A stretch of DNA of 56,825 nt from a virus (IMGVR_UViG_3300017910_000654:1-56825), one strand, 5' to 3'; counted from the stretch's first letter, positions 47,114 to 55,605 are shown. The notes: generated by a model not told the origin, from the sequence alone. Numbers and translations: made by a program.

Positions 47114-47413
47114 TTAGTTTGAGTTGCTTTCGTATAACCTTTCCTCCAAAAGCTTCAAGGTTTCTTTTATTTCTTTGACATCCTCCTTGATTACATCAAC
47201 ATCCTTCTGCGTAAGCATGATTGTTTTTGTTATAAGCTCGTCCTTATACCTAAACTCCTCAGCGGTCATGATGGGCGGAGGAAGTTGTTTAGCCTCAGCT
47301 ATCTCCGTCTTGAGTGTAAAGTACATTGTCATTAGAGATGCAAGAACAAAACCTACCCCCACAGCATCTTTAATTGATAGCTTAACCTCCGTGTTCTTGT
47401 CTAAGTATTTCAT
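47114..47413 (-). CDS. Membrane-anchored coiled-coil protein (lysis-associated candidate)
   Basis: One TM helix plus heptads. Confidence 0.6.
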   Translation of the reverse strand: MKYLDKNTEVKLSIKDAVGVGFVLASLMTMYFTLKTEIAEAKQLPPPIMTAEEFRYKDELITKTIMLTQKDVDVIKEDVKEIKETLKLLEERLYESNSN

Positions 47414-47416
47414 TAT

Positions 47417-47698
47417 TTACAAATTTTTTAATCCACTATGCTCATCACCTAAAAGATAACCCGCATCAATAGCCTCCTCTTCGGTAAGCGGTGTTATGCC
47501 ATCTAATATATCCCCGGTATTAAATGCTTGCTCATCATCCTCCCATGCAAGAACATAAGTTGGGTTACCTGAATTAGGGAACCAATCAAAAGCATATAAC
47601 GTTACGCGCTCATTTCTTGGAGGAGCATTCAAATCATATATATCTAAACTTGCTTCAATAGCAGCTGCTTCGTCAGGGAATGGATAGTATAAATGCAT
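47417..47698 (-). CDS. Hypothetical acidic protein
   Basis: ORF track. Confidence 0.65.
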   Translation of the reverse strand: MHLYYPFPDEAAAIEASLDIYDLNAPPRNERVTLYAFDWFPNSGNPTYVLAWEDDEQAFNTGDILDGITPLTEEEAIDAGYLLGDEHSGLKNL

Positions 47699-47700
47699 GA

Positions 47701-48567
47701 TTAATAAATTGAATAGTATGTATTAATATTTGTAGCAATATCAGCCCTGTTAGCTATCTCTGCTCCGTATATAAGAAGCTCTTGAGTCTTACCAAGAGTC
47801 CTTGACTTACCCATTAAGTAGAATCCGTTAATACTATTAGTGCCAATATTTAGACTTGTGCCTTGACTTACATTATTCTCAAATATGTAGGAGCTTCCTC
47901 CATTAAAGCTAGCGTCAACAAGAACTTGTGTGTTAGTTTGATTTGAACCTGTATTTACATTTGTGCCTGCACCCATTCTGTATACGCCTCCGTAGTAAGC
48001 AGATATTCGACAATCATTTGCCTCTCCATCAAATAAAACCCTGTCACCTGTATTTGGGTAGAGAACTACATTGAATGTATGAAAAGGTTGGGCTATACCC
48101 CCATCAGGAGCCTGACCAAAACTTGTATTAAATACTAACCTTGCAGCTCCTGAGTTTTGGTCGTCTATCGCAGGCTTACCATTAAGAGTAAATACACTGC
48201 CACTTGAAGCTATTCTTGGCTGACCTGTTGTTACTGTGTTAGTCAAGTTCCAATTACTTGCCTGACCACTTTGCTCATACCATATAACTACTGCTGCATT
48301 ACTTGAACCAATAAAAGATGTTATTGCTGCGGTATCTAAATTGCCATCTGAGTCAAACCCTATATCTTGTTCTGTGTTATCACTAAACCTTCTAATTCTC
48401 ATTGAAGCACCCGTATATGCAGTGCGTAGTTTTCTCACTGAGTATGCTGCAGTAATATCTGCGCCATACTCATCTAGCAACAAAGAGGCTCCGCCTCCTC
48501 CTGATGCTAATCCCGCTCTTGTTTGAAACGCATCTCCTGCTATGCCTATGCCTATCCCCGTAGACAT
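47701..48567 (-). CDS. Virion protein with ConA/LamG-like (AbfB-like) domain, receptor-binding candidate
   Basis: AAYSVRKLRTAYTG..IRR.SDNTEQDIGF, WYEQSG. Confidence 0.6.
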   Translation of the reverse strand: MSTGIGIGIAGDAFQTRAGLASGGGGASLLLDEYGADITAAYSVRKLRTAYTGASMRIRRFSDNTEQDIGFDSDGNLDTAAITSFIGSSNAAVVIWYEQSGQASNWNLTNTVTTGQPRIASSGSVFTLNGKPAIDDQNSGAARLVFNTSFGQAPDGGIAQPFHTFNVVLYPNTGDRVLFDGEANDCRISAYYGGVYRMGAGTNVNTGSNQTNTQVLVDASFNGGSSYIFENNVSQGTSLNIGTNSINGFYLMGKSRTLGKTQELLIYGAEIANRADIATNINTYYSIY

Positions 48568-48568
48568 A

Positions 48569-49051
48569 TTACCACAGTCCTAAAATGTTAGAAGCAGTGG
48601 TACCGGTTGCGACAACTACTGAGGTCATTATAGGAAGGAAGGATGCATCGGGAACATTAACCAATGTAACCGTATCGCCTCCGACTGTTTTCATAACAAC
48701 AGTCCCTCCTGTTCCAACATAAAGAACAGGTCCTTCGCTACCTCGTGTAGAATATATAACATACGCCTTGGACCCGGCAGCAAAAATGTTTGCGCTAACG
48801 GTAAGCTTGGTGTCTGATATAACACCTGTAACTGTTGCTGTTGTTGAATCAGTAGTGTTATATACTACAGCACCCGGCTGAACATTTAACAAGAAACGCC
48901 CGTTAGCATCATCTAATATATCTGCAGATGATGGAGCAGCAGCATCGCTTGTGCCATTTGCAATTTTATCACCGGGTGATGGTATAACAGTTCCGCTGTC
49001 ATTTGGAATGACTGCTATCGCTCGTTGGGTTTGTAGTTTTTGATATGCCAT
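48569..49051 (-). CDS. Small virion protein
   Basis: LYVGTGG...V.ATGTTASNILGLW ending; carries the shared module. Confidence 0.65.
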   Translation of the reverse strand: MAYQKLQTQRAIAVIPNDSGTVIPSPGDKIANGTSDAAAPSSADILDDANGRFLLNVQPGAVVYNTTDSTTATVTGVISDTKLTVSANIFAAGSKAYVIYSTRGSEGPVLYVGTGGTVVMKTVGGDTVTLVNVPDASFLPIMTSVVVATGTTASNILGLW

Positions 49052-49053
49052 GA

Positions 49054-49221
49054 TTAATCTCTATAGGGTATAAGTCTGTTTAGTGTATCTCGTCTTTTGT
49101 CACAACCGCAATCACTACCTGTCTTCTCAGCAACCTTGTCCACTACAGACTTGATTCCTGTAAGTCGAGTTACCTTGGCTACGGTATCTCCAAATCCTCT
49201 TGACTTCTCTTTAAGCTTCAT
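49054..49221 (-). CDS. 55-aa protein with CGC motif
   Basis: Hand-translated MKLKEKSRGFGDTVAK...DCGCDKRRDTLN. Confidence 0.7.
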   Translation of the reverse strand: MKLKEKSRGFGDTVAKVTRLTGIKSVVDKVAEKTGSDCGCDKRRDTLNRLIPYRD

Positions 49222-49434
49222 TTACTTTCTAATCAATCCTGAGAGATGTCCTTTAACACTCTTAGGGTAATGCTTGTCCTCTTTCATTGAGTGGTCGCCA
49301 CTGTATGCGTGACCTGTCATAGCCTTAGCCATTCCTTTAGACTCGTCTCTTCTGTCTTTCATAGACTGAGACTTAGCACCTTTGTCCTTCATCCCAATAG
49401 ACTCATCTAGTCTTGCGTTGTAACCTTGTTTCAT
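49222..49434 (-). CDS. Small basic protein
   Basis: ORF track. Confidence 0.7.
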   Translation of the reverse strand: MKQGYNARLDESIGMKDKGAKSQSMKDRRDESKGMAKAMTGHAYSGDHSMKEDKHYPKSVKGHLSGLIRK

Positions 49435-49440
49435 TTTTAC

Positions 49441-49629
49441 TTATTTTTTACATCCAAAATTGTTAGCGAAGTTAGCCATCTTGACTACACTTGGCTTATA
49501 CTTATCAGTATCTTTCATTACGGCTGATGCGGCAGCACATACCGACTTACCCGGCATATTCTTTTTTGCCCACGCAGTAAACTTTCCTGCATTTTTTTCC
49601 TTAATCATTATGTCTGCTTTTTTAGCCAT
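49441..49629 (-). CDS. Small basic protein
   Basis: ORF track. Confidence 0.7.
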   Translation of the reverse strand: MAKKADIMIKEKNAGKFTAWAKKNMPGKSVCAAASAVMKDTDKYKPSVVKMANFANNFGCKK

Positions 49630-49641
49630 GGCGTAAATATA

Positions 49642-49932
49642 CTAATATTTTCCTTTGCGACTTTTTGGTGATGACTGCGTTGAGCCACCCTTCCCTGCCC
49701 ATAAATTTTTGCAAGCCCAATATCGTGCTGTTAGCTTACTCTTAGCTGTTCCGCACTTGTGTCGTGCACGGAAAGATTTACGGGCTGCAGCTGAGTAGTT
49801 ATGCCCGTAACCCTTTGCACCAAAGTGAATAAGCTTCTCCTTACCACCCTCGCATCCCTTAACCATTTTCTTCTTGCCCGCTCGGTCTGAGGGTCTTGGT
49901 TTATTACAGGGCATTGAATCTTTCTTCGCCAT
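49642..49932 (-). CDS. Small basic protein (IHFGAKG...RKSFRARHKC...YWACK)
   Basis: ORF track. Confidence 0.75.
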   Translation of the reverse strand: MAKKDSMPCNKPRPSDRAGKKKMVKGCEGGKEKLIHFGAKGYGHNYSAAARKSFRARHKCGTAKSKLTARYWACKNLWAGKGGSTQSSPKSRKGKY

Positions 49933-50411
49933 TATGTTGCTTTAGCTTGTATTACAATCCACTCCGTCCCATCAGACCAAACAGCACACCCATTAAACGC
50001 CTTATTAATAGTATAGCTTGATGCACCATCTATAGTCTCTCCTGCCGGAGCAGTTATCTCAATCTGATTACTCGCACTTACAGTGTTGTCATTTACAAAT
50101 CGAATTTTTCTGTAAGGTATAGCCGTTGCACTTGGTAGTGTATATACAAACGTACCTGAGCCACCAACCCAATTAAAGTCAACTATATTTACATCCTCAG
50201 TAAGTGTTGCACTGCCTCCCGGTGTGGCATTAACAAAAAGAGGTACAAGGCGTACTACCTCATTGTTCTCAATAAGAATATTGATTGCAGAAGCAAGAGT
50301 TTCTATAGTATAAGCATCTCGGTTTGCATTAGCATTTGCCGAGCCCTTATTGGCAGTATCCACTCCTGTGGCTACTCCGTGAAACTTTGTTCCTGCAGGG
50401 ATAGTTGACAT
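49932..50411 (-). CDS. Small beta-rich virion/fibre-associated protein
   Basis: TLPSA...ETIDG...SDGTEW motif. Confidence 0.65.
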   Translation of the reverse strand: MSTIPAGTKFHGVATGVDTANKGSANANANRDAYTIETLASAINILIENNEVVRLVPLFVNATPGGSATLTEDVNIVDFNWVGGSGTFVYTLPSATAIPYRKIRFVNDNTVSASNQIEITAPAGETIDGASSYTINKAFNGCAVWSDGTEWIVIQAKAT

Positions 50412-50412
50412 A

Positions 50413-50586
50413 CTACTTAAGCTCTTTAGCGATGGCTGACCATAGCTTTGTTACAGCTATACCTAATCCCATGCCCCCGATAACAGGAAGACCTTTAGCA
50501 AATACAACAACAGATATAACAGCGGCATAGCACGCCACAGCGATATCACTCATCAATAGATTTAAAACTTTTAATAGCTTACTCAT
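50413..50586 (-). CDS. 57-aa membrane protein
   Basis: Hand-translated; two hydrophobic helices. Confidence 0.6.
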   Translation of the reverse strand: MSKLLKVLNLLMSDIAVACYAAVISVVVFAKGLPVIGGMGLGIAVTKLWSAIAKELK

Positions 50587-50589
50587 AAT

Positions 50590-50835
50590 TTATCTTTTTG
50601 TAAATCGTTTAGTTACTCTTCCTGCAGCAGTGTTCGCCACAACAGTCTTTCTCGCACGTTTCTTCTTCCGTGCAGTCGCAGCACGTTCCGCCTTGGTCAT
50701 GCTCTTCGCCTTCGCTAGAGGTAGGCAACGGTCCGGGTTCTTCTTGTCCTTGCTCGTACCACAAGCGCCCATGATAGAACCATCCATCCCTATTCTCACC
50801 CACTTCTCTTCTCTCCATTTCTTGAGCTCTCCCAT
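50590..50835 (-). CDS. Small basic protein (LKKWREEKWV...RCLP)
   Basis: ORF track. Confidence 0.75.
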   Translation of the reverse strand: MGELKKWREEKWVRIGMDGSIMGACGTSKDKKNPDRCLPLAKAKSMTKAERAATARKKKRARKTVVANTAAGRVTKRFTKR

Positions 50836-50999
50836 TAGTATCCACCCATTTCAGTTTTAGCCTTATTAGGGTTGTTGGTCATTTTGCCTCCCATAGTCTT
50901 TGCAAACTCAAAAGCTTGGGCTTTACCCATAGCATTATAAGGAAACTTCTTTGTTTTCATTTTGCCTGTATTGGCACACATATATCTAACTGTTGGCAT
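50835..50999 (-). CDS. 54-aa basic protein (MPTVRY...KKFPYNAMGK)
   Basis: Hand-translated; TAATG overlap. Confidence 0.65.
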   Translation of the reverse strand: MPTVRYMCANTGKMKTKKFPYNAMGKAQAFEFAKTMGGKMTNNPNKAKTEMGGY

Positions 51000-51004
51000 G
51001 ATAT

Positions 51005-51118
51005 TTATTTTTTATTCTTTTTTCTTTTTTTAAGGGCATCAAAGTCTGACTTTGTTATTTTATCAAAAGGCATAGATGCTCTTGCAATCTTTCTTTGCTT
51101 CTTGCTTAACTTGCTCAC
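51005..51118 (-). CDS. 37-aa basic peptide (SKKQRKIA...KITKSDFDAL)
   Basis: Hand-translated; GTGA overlap. Confidence 0.6.
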   Translation of the reverse strand: MSKLSKKQRKIARASMPFDKITKSDFDALKKRKKNKK

Positions 51119-51237
51119 TTCTTCTTGGGTTTAGACATTGACTTAATCATCTTCTCAATCTTAGCAGCTTGTTGAGCATGCATACGTGAAGCTCCTTTTA
51201 ATTGCTTTACAACTTCTTTCATTTGTTTTACATTCAT
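51115..51237 (-). CDS. 40-aa basic peptide (LKGASRMHAQQA)
   Basis: Hand-translated. Confidence 0.6.
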   Translation of the reverse strand: MNVKQMKEVVKQLKGASRMHAQQAAKIEKMIKSMSKPKKK

Positions 51238-51398
51238 TACTTCTTTCCTTTTGCACCCTTGGCATAGTTAGGGTCTTTACAATATTTACTAGCAGCCATG
51301 TTTGCATACGCTGATGGGTAAGTATCGAAGGTTCTCTTCGCCCATGCTATCCCTGCCGGACAAATCTTATTTCCTTTTGTTCTACCCTTCTTAGCCAC
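51237..51398 (-). CDS. 53-aa basic protein (ICPAGIAWAKRTFDTYPSAYAN)
   Basis: Hand-translated; GTG start. Confidence 0.65.
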   Translation of the reverse strand: MAKKGRTKGNKICPAGIAWAKRTFDTYPSAYANMAASKYCKDPNYAKGAKGKK

Positions 51399-51405
51399 TA
51401 TTATT

Positions 51406-51424
51406 TATCTTTGACCTAAAGATA
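51406..51424. promoter_or_regulatory. Face-to-face -7 elements forming a palindrome (TATCTTT-GACCT-AAAGATA)
   Basis: TATCTTTG on +, TATCTTTA on -, between divergent genes. Confidence 0.55.
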
Positions 51425-51437
51425 ATAATTTAATTTA

Positions 51438-51872
51438 ATGCAAAATGATTACCTAAAGTATTGGCGGGTCATACGTCAGTACGTAAAAATAAAGTACGGG
51501 CTAACGCAGTCAGACCTTGACTTGATACTATTCTTAAACTCGGAAGGCTACTTCAATAAAGATAAGTTTCAGGAGTTCGATAGGATACTCTCATGGGATG
51601 TGCAACGCTTTGACCGTCTGCTACGCGATGGATGGATAGAGGTCTTCCGTAAAAGGCAAGGTAAAATAAAAGGACTCTATACACTCTCATACAAAGCAAA
51701 GAGGGTAGCCACCTCCATATACAAAAAACTAAATGGAGAGGAGATGCCCACGTCCCCCTCGCAGAACCCCATGTTTCTAAAGAACGTGTCCTACACGGAT
51801 AGAAGATACAGGGAGGCTATAATAAATATGAACAAGTTTATAAAACAACAACAACATCACGCTCCTGAATAA
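51438..51872 (+). CDS. Winged-helix (MarR-like) DNA-binding protein
   Basis: YGLTQSDLDLILFL...RLLRDGWIEV...LYTLS; only + strand gene in the late arm. Confidence 0.65.
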   Translation: MQNDYLKYWRVIRQYVKIKYGLTQSDLDLILFLNSEGYFNKDKFQEFDRILSWDVQRFDRLLRDGWIEVFRKRQGKIKGLYTLSYKAKRVATSIYKKLNGEEMPTSPSQNPMFLKNVSYTDRRYREAIINMNKFIKQQQHHAPE

Positions 51873-52098
51873 TGGTAACGGTCTCACCATTAAGTACTAG
51901 CGTGCATGCCTGTCTTGAATCATAGTATACTACCTTGTCGGGCATGATATGCTCGGACACCTCGCTGCCCGGCATAAGTATCTTACCCTTCTGATATCTG
52001 AAGTCCTTCACATCCTCGTTGGATAGAAGCAGCCCACTATCGGTTGTTATCTCCTCATCAATCTTATTGATGATTATATTTTTTCCTATCGCTCTCAT
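51838..52098 (-). CDS. groES: Co-chaperonin GroES
   Basis: TTDSGLLL mobile loop; IIQERDVVVVL; overlaps groEL. Confidence 0.85.
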   Translation of the reverse strand: MRAIGKNIIINKIDEEITTDSGLLLSNEDVKDFRYQKGKILMPGSEVSEHIMPDKVVYYDSRQACTLVLNGETVTIIQERDVVVVL

Positions 52099-53705
52099 TC
52101 TGCTGTGTCGTAGCTACGTGCCATAGTGACAATGGCATTGGTTGATAATATGGTTACAGCAACAGACACTGCGTTCTGTAGTGCCTGACGTGTTACCTTA
52201 ACAGGGTCAATCACACCGAGCTCCATAAGGTACCCGTACCTCTCGTTCTTCGCATCATAACCCCAACCGTCACCCTTAGCCTCTGCGTACACGTCCTCAA
52301 CCTTGAGTCCCGCGTTGTCAAGAATCTGTCTAAGCGGTGCACGGAGTGCAGTCTCTAAAATTGCGTAAGCAATTTTTTTCGACGGGTCCTTCTCATCGTT
52401 GACCCTAATTGAATATGTCTTGTGAAGATTGTATAACTTTAGCCCTCCACCGGGAAGTATCCCTTCCTCTAGTGCACTACGCACGGCACAGACCGCATCA
52501 TCAACTCTATCATACAGCTCCTTCTGCTCAAGGTCTGTGTTGCCTCCAACATACACTACACCGATGCCGCCTGACAATGATGCGATACGCTGATTGATAA
52601 ACTCCTTGCTCGCTTTGTCCGACTCGTTCTTGTGTGCATCCTGTAACTGAGCGATACGCTCCTTCACCTCGTCGTTGGTCTCACCGTCGTCCTTGACGAT
52701 GACTGTCTTGTCTCGGTTGACAATAACACGGGCACAGTGACCCAAGTCATCAAAGGTCATTAGGCTCAGGTCATCACCCGTCTTCTCGGAGAAGTATGTT
52801 GCACCCACGCTAACTGCGATGTCCTGCATCAGCTCATGCTGACGGTATCCGAAGTCGGGTGGTGTGATGCTACACATCTTCAGTCCGTTCTTCATCACGT
52901 TAGCCGCAAGTGTATTAACAACGTTCTGCGAGCATGGTGCAATAATCAATAGCTTCTTGCCCTCGGTAATGATAGGCTTTAGTATGTTCTCTATCTGTAG
53001 TATGTTATTTATCTCAGCATCACATACTAACACGTAAGTGTCCTCAAGGACACACTCATCACGCTTTTGGTCGTTAATGAATAGTGATGATGCGTAGCCA
53101 CGGTCAACCTTAATACCCTTGGTTGTCTCGTAGTAGGTGGTTGATGTCTTGCTCTTCTCAACGGTCACGACTCCATCGGTACCAACCTGCTCGTGCACAT
53201 CAGCAATGATACCGCCAATGACAGGGTCGTTGTTGGCTGAGATGATTGCTACATCACGCAGGTCTTTTATGCCAAGCTTCTTCCCGTCAAGCTTAAGCTT
53301 CTTTGCTATCTCCTTGGTCTCGTTGACTAGATGACGAAGCACCTCGGTACGGTTGGTCGTTGGCTCTATCATCTCAGTACCTGCTGTAACTAAAGCCTCG
53401 GCAAGCACGATGGCTGTTGTTGTGCCGTCACCCGCTGATGTCGCTGTACGGTCTGCCGCCTCCTTCATCATACGCACCGCAAGGTTCTCGACGGGGTCAA
53501 GCAGCGAGATTGACTTCGCGACTGTCACACCATCCTTGGTTACGGTAATGCCGTGCAGATGCTCCGGTGATTCAATAAGTACTGTGTTCCCTCGTGGTCC
53601 GAGTGTGGACTTGACGGCTGTCGCTATTTTGCGTATGCCCTTAATTAGTTTACTGCGCCCCTCGTCAGAGAAGTGCAACTCCTTCGGAGTAAATCCTGAT
53701 TGCAT
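52095..53705 (-). CDS. groEL: Chaperonin GroEL
   Basis: TLGPRG, VTKDGVTVAK, AGDGTTTA, EEGILPGGG, GVIDPVKV. Confidence 0.97.
   Translation of the reverse strand: MQSGFTPKELHFSDEGRSKLIKGIRKIATAVKSTLGPRGNTVLIESPEHLHGITVTKDGVTVAKSISLLDPVENLAVRMMKEAADRTATSAGDGTTTAIVLAEALVTAGTEMIEPTTNRTEVLRHLVNETKEIAKKLKLDGKKLGIKDLRDVAIISANNDPVIGGIIADVHEQVGTDGVVTVEKSKTSTTYYETTKGIKVDRGYASSLFINDQKRDECVLEDTYVLVCDAEINNILQIENILKPIITEGKKLLIIAPCSQNVVNTLAANVMKNGLKMCSITPPDFGYRQHELMQDIAVSVGATYFSEKTGDDLSLMTFDDLGHCARVIVNRDKTVIVKDDGETNDEVKERIAQLQDAHKNESDKASKEFINQRIASLSGGIGVVYVGGNTDLEQKELYDRVDDAVCAVRSALEEGILPGGGLKLYNLHKTYSIRVNDEKDPSKKIAYAILETALRAPLRQILDNAGLKVEDVYAEAKGDGWGYDAKNERYGYLMELGVIDPVKVTRQALQNAVSVAVTILSTNAIVTMARSYDTAE
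53038..53053. repeat. Palindrome copy 16 (GTGTCCTCAAGGACAC), inside groEL
   Basis: Matches consensus. Confidence 0.9.
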
Positions 53706-53740
53706 TTAATTTAATTTGTGTCAAAAATAATAAATATTAT

Positions 53741-54388
53741 CTATAGCACATAGCTGAACCCACTGCGCTTTAGTGGCAGACTATCACCGACTATAGTCTC
53801 GGGGTTGATGGGCACACCCAACAGGCGCACCTCAAAGTGGAGGTGTGGACCTGTCGAGCGACCCGTCGAACCAATAATTCCTATACCGTCACCGGCACTC
53901 ACTGTGTCACCCTCCTCAACAAGCAGCGACCAATGATGTGCGTAGTATGTCTCAAGACCGTTGAAGTGTCGGACCACCACAAGGTTGCCGTACCCGCCAT
54001 TGTACCCACGCTTGGCATATCGCACTACGCCATCACACATTGACAGTGACGTATCACGGTTGCACCCCGCGTAGTCTACACCATAGTGCATCCGACCCCA
54101 TCTCCATCCATAGCCACTAGACACATGACCCTCGGTCGGCATCACAAACGTATCAAGCACCACAAGCAAAGAGTCAACAATGGTGTCGTGCACATAGTGC
54201 ATACGACTGCAGCCATCTATGTACATGGTATCCAAGGGTGGGTGCTTTGGCTCAGGTTCAGTGTATGTGGCGGATGAGTATCCATCAACCTTGTACTTAT
54301 GTATCTCCTGTCTAACAGGATTTGGTATCAGCTCAATGGCTGTGTTTATAAAAAGTAGTGCTGTAATAATTATTAGTATTCGATTCAT
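53741..54388 (-). CDS. M23 family peptidase with N-terminal signal/TM segment
   Basis: HYGVD, GYGNLVVVRH, YAH, GSTGRSTGPHLHFEVR. Confidence 0.92.
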   Translation of the reverse strand: MNRILIIITALLFINTAIELIPNPVRQEIHKYKVDGYSSATYTEPEPKHPPLDTMYIDGCSRMHYVHDTIVDSLLVVLDTFVMPTEGHVSSGYGWRWGRMHYGVDYAGCNRDTSLSMCDGVVRYAKRGYNGGYGNLVVVRHFNGLETYYAHHWSLLVEEGDTVSAGDGIGIIGSTGRSTGPHLHFEVRLLGVPINPETIVGDSLPLKRSGFSYVL

Positions 54389-54618
54389 ATTCTGTATTTA
54401 ATATATAATGGTTTCTTTCGTCTCGGGTCATACGCCACAACGATAGTATCATCTGAACGTGTAAGCGTGTATATTATTTCGTCGCCCTCTAAACTAATCA
54501 TAATTCTGTATCCATCCTCAACAGCTTTCGTCTCAAGCTGTTCTGAATCCAACTCAATATATGGGTGCTGTGCACATAGCACATTGCTAATTAATAAAAA
54601 AGCTATTACCCTTATCAT
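54385..54618 (-). CDS. Small secreted protein
   Basis: Signal peptide ending VLCA-Q; ATGA overlap. Confidence 0.6.
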   Translation of the reverse strand: MIRVIAFLLISNVLCAQHPYIELDSEQLETKAVEDGYRIMISLEGDEIIYTLTRSDDTIVVAYDPRRKKPLYIKYRI

Positions 54619-54620
54619 AG

Positions 54621-54694
54621 TACTCCCATCAGGGGTCGAACCTGAAACCTACTGCTTAGAAGGCAGTTGCTCTATCCAATTGAGCTATGGGAGC
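54621..54694 (-). tRNA. tRNA-Arg (anticodon TCT), CCA not encoded
   Basis: GCTCCCA acceptor; D arm; ACTGC-CTTCTAA-GCAGT; GGTTCGAC T loop. Confidence 0.95.
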
Positions 54695-54713
54695 AGAATG
54701 CAATAATAGAAAT

Positions 54714-54914
54714 AATATGTCAATATGTCAACTTTTGGTTTCCCTATACTACTACTACTTACCTCCTATTATCGTATTAACTCTTATATACGAGGCTTTA
54801 AACTTAACATAGTTAACATATTTAAAATAAGTAATTGATAATCAAATAGTTAGAAAAAAAAAGAGAGCATAAAGTCAGCATAAAGAGAGCATAAAGAGAA
54901 CATAGTCAGCATAA
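54714..54914. other. Origin-like element B (homologous to 7075-7240)
   Basis: TTATATACGAGG, (C/G)TTAACATA x2, TTGATAATCAA, ~5 x GWSARCATA(AA) at 54863-54914. Confidence 0.6.
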
Positions 54915-54954
54915 TTGGAGAGTGGTTGATACAAAAAATTCTTTTTGTATAACG

Positions 54955-54984
54955 AAAAAAAGGGGAAGCCTAAGCCTCCCCTTC
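54955..54984 (-). terminator. Intrinsic terminator
   Basis: GGGGAGGC-TTAG-GCTTCCCC followed by T7 on the - strand. Confidence 0.8.
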
Positions 54985-55012
54985 CAATCAAACATCAAAT
55001 ACTATAATCAAA

Positions 55013-55216
55013 TTACAGTTTCTTAAACAGGTCAATGTTTGCATTAGCTAATTCATTGCCCTCTGCAATCATTCTGACCTTCTTGGCTCTCTTGATATCC
55101 TTCTTCATCTGAGCCAACTTAGTTATTCCCATCTCAGGTGATGGTGCCATATTAATTAATCGACCATCCTTTAATGTATACCCCATCTCTTCGGGTGTTA
55201 TTCTAAAATCGTGCAT
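55013..55216 (-). CDS. Hypothetical protein, first gene of the late arm
   Basis: ORF track. Confidence 0.7.
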   Translation of the reverse strand: MHDFRITPEEMGYTLKDGRLINMAPSPEMGITKLAQMKKDIKRAKKVRMIAEGNELANANIDLFKKL

Positions 55217-55381
55217 GCTTTCCTTTTGTGTAAATATAAACTTTTTTTAGATACCCGTAGTTTTTGGGTTCATAGCGAAAATTTTGCGTCACGCTCGGTT
55301 CGGGAAACGGCATTTTGCGATGGGTGGGGGGTCGTGTTTGTCGCTTTTCGTGGCTAACTTTTTAGGCTTTTGTTGTGGCAT

Positions 55382-55557
55382 CCTGTAAAGCCTTGCTACG
55401 TATAGCTTACAGCGCCTTGCCCTGTCTACCTGTATTGTACCTGTGTCCTTGAAGACACAAAGAAAGAAAGGTCTACCCCTAGCTAATCGGCATTACGCCA
55501 AAACAAAGCGCAAAGAAAAGAAAGCGCGCAAAGCCTTACGCAGTAACGTTTTACAGG
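55382..55557. repeat. 27-bp imperfect inverted repeat (55382-55408 / 55531-55557) enclosing palindrome copy 17 (55443-55458)
   Basis: 21/27 complementary; lies in the divergent non-coding region. Confidence 0.7.
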
Positions 55558-55597
55558 CGGATGTGAAATAAAATTTTTTTGTTCGGAATATTATACT

Positions 55598-55605
55598 TAG
55601 TTTTG
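55598..55605 (+). promoter_or_regulatory. -7 element TAGTTTTG of the first early gene
   Basis: TAnnTTTG ~50 nt before ATG 55657. Confidence 0.5.

Noticed and set aside
13951-48526. Numerous + strand ORFs opposite the structural genes
   Set aside because: Antisense shadows with Ser/Leu/Phe-rich translations and no supporting leaders
54621-54694. tRNA as an attP/prophage boundary
   Set aside because: No integrase, no duplicated tRNA 3' end, and no host genes on either side
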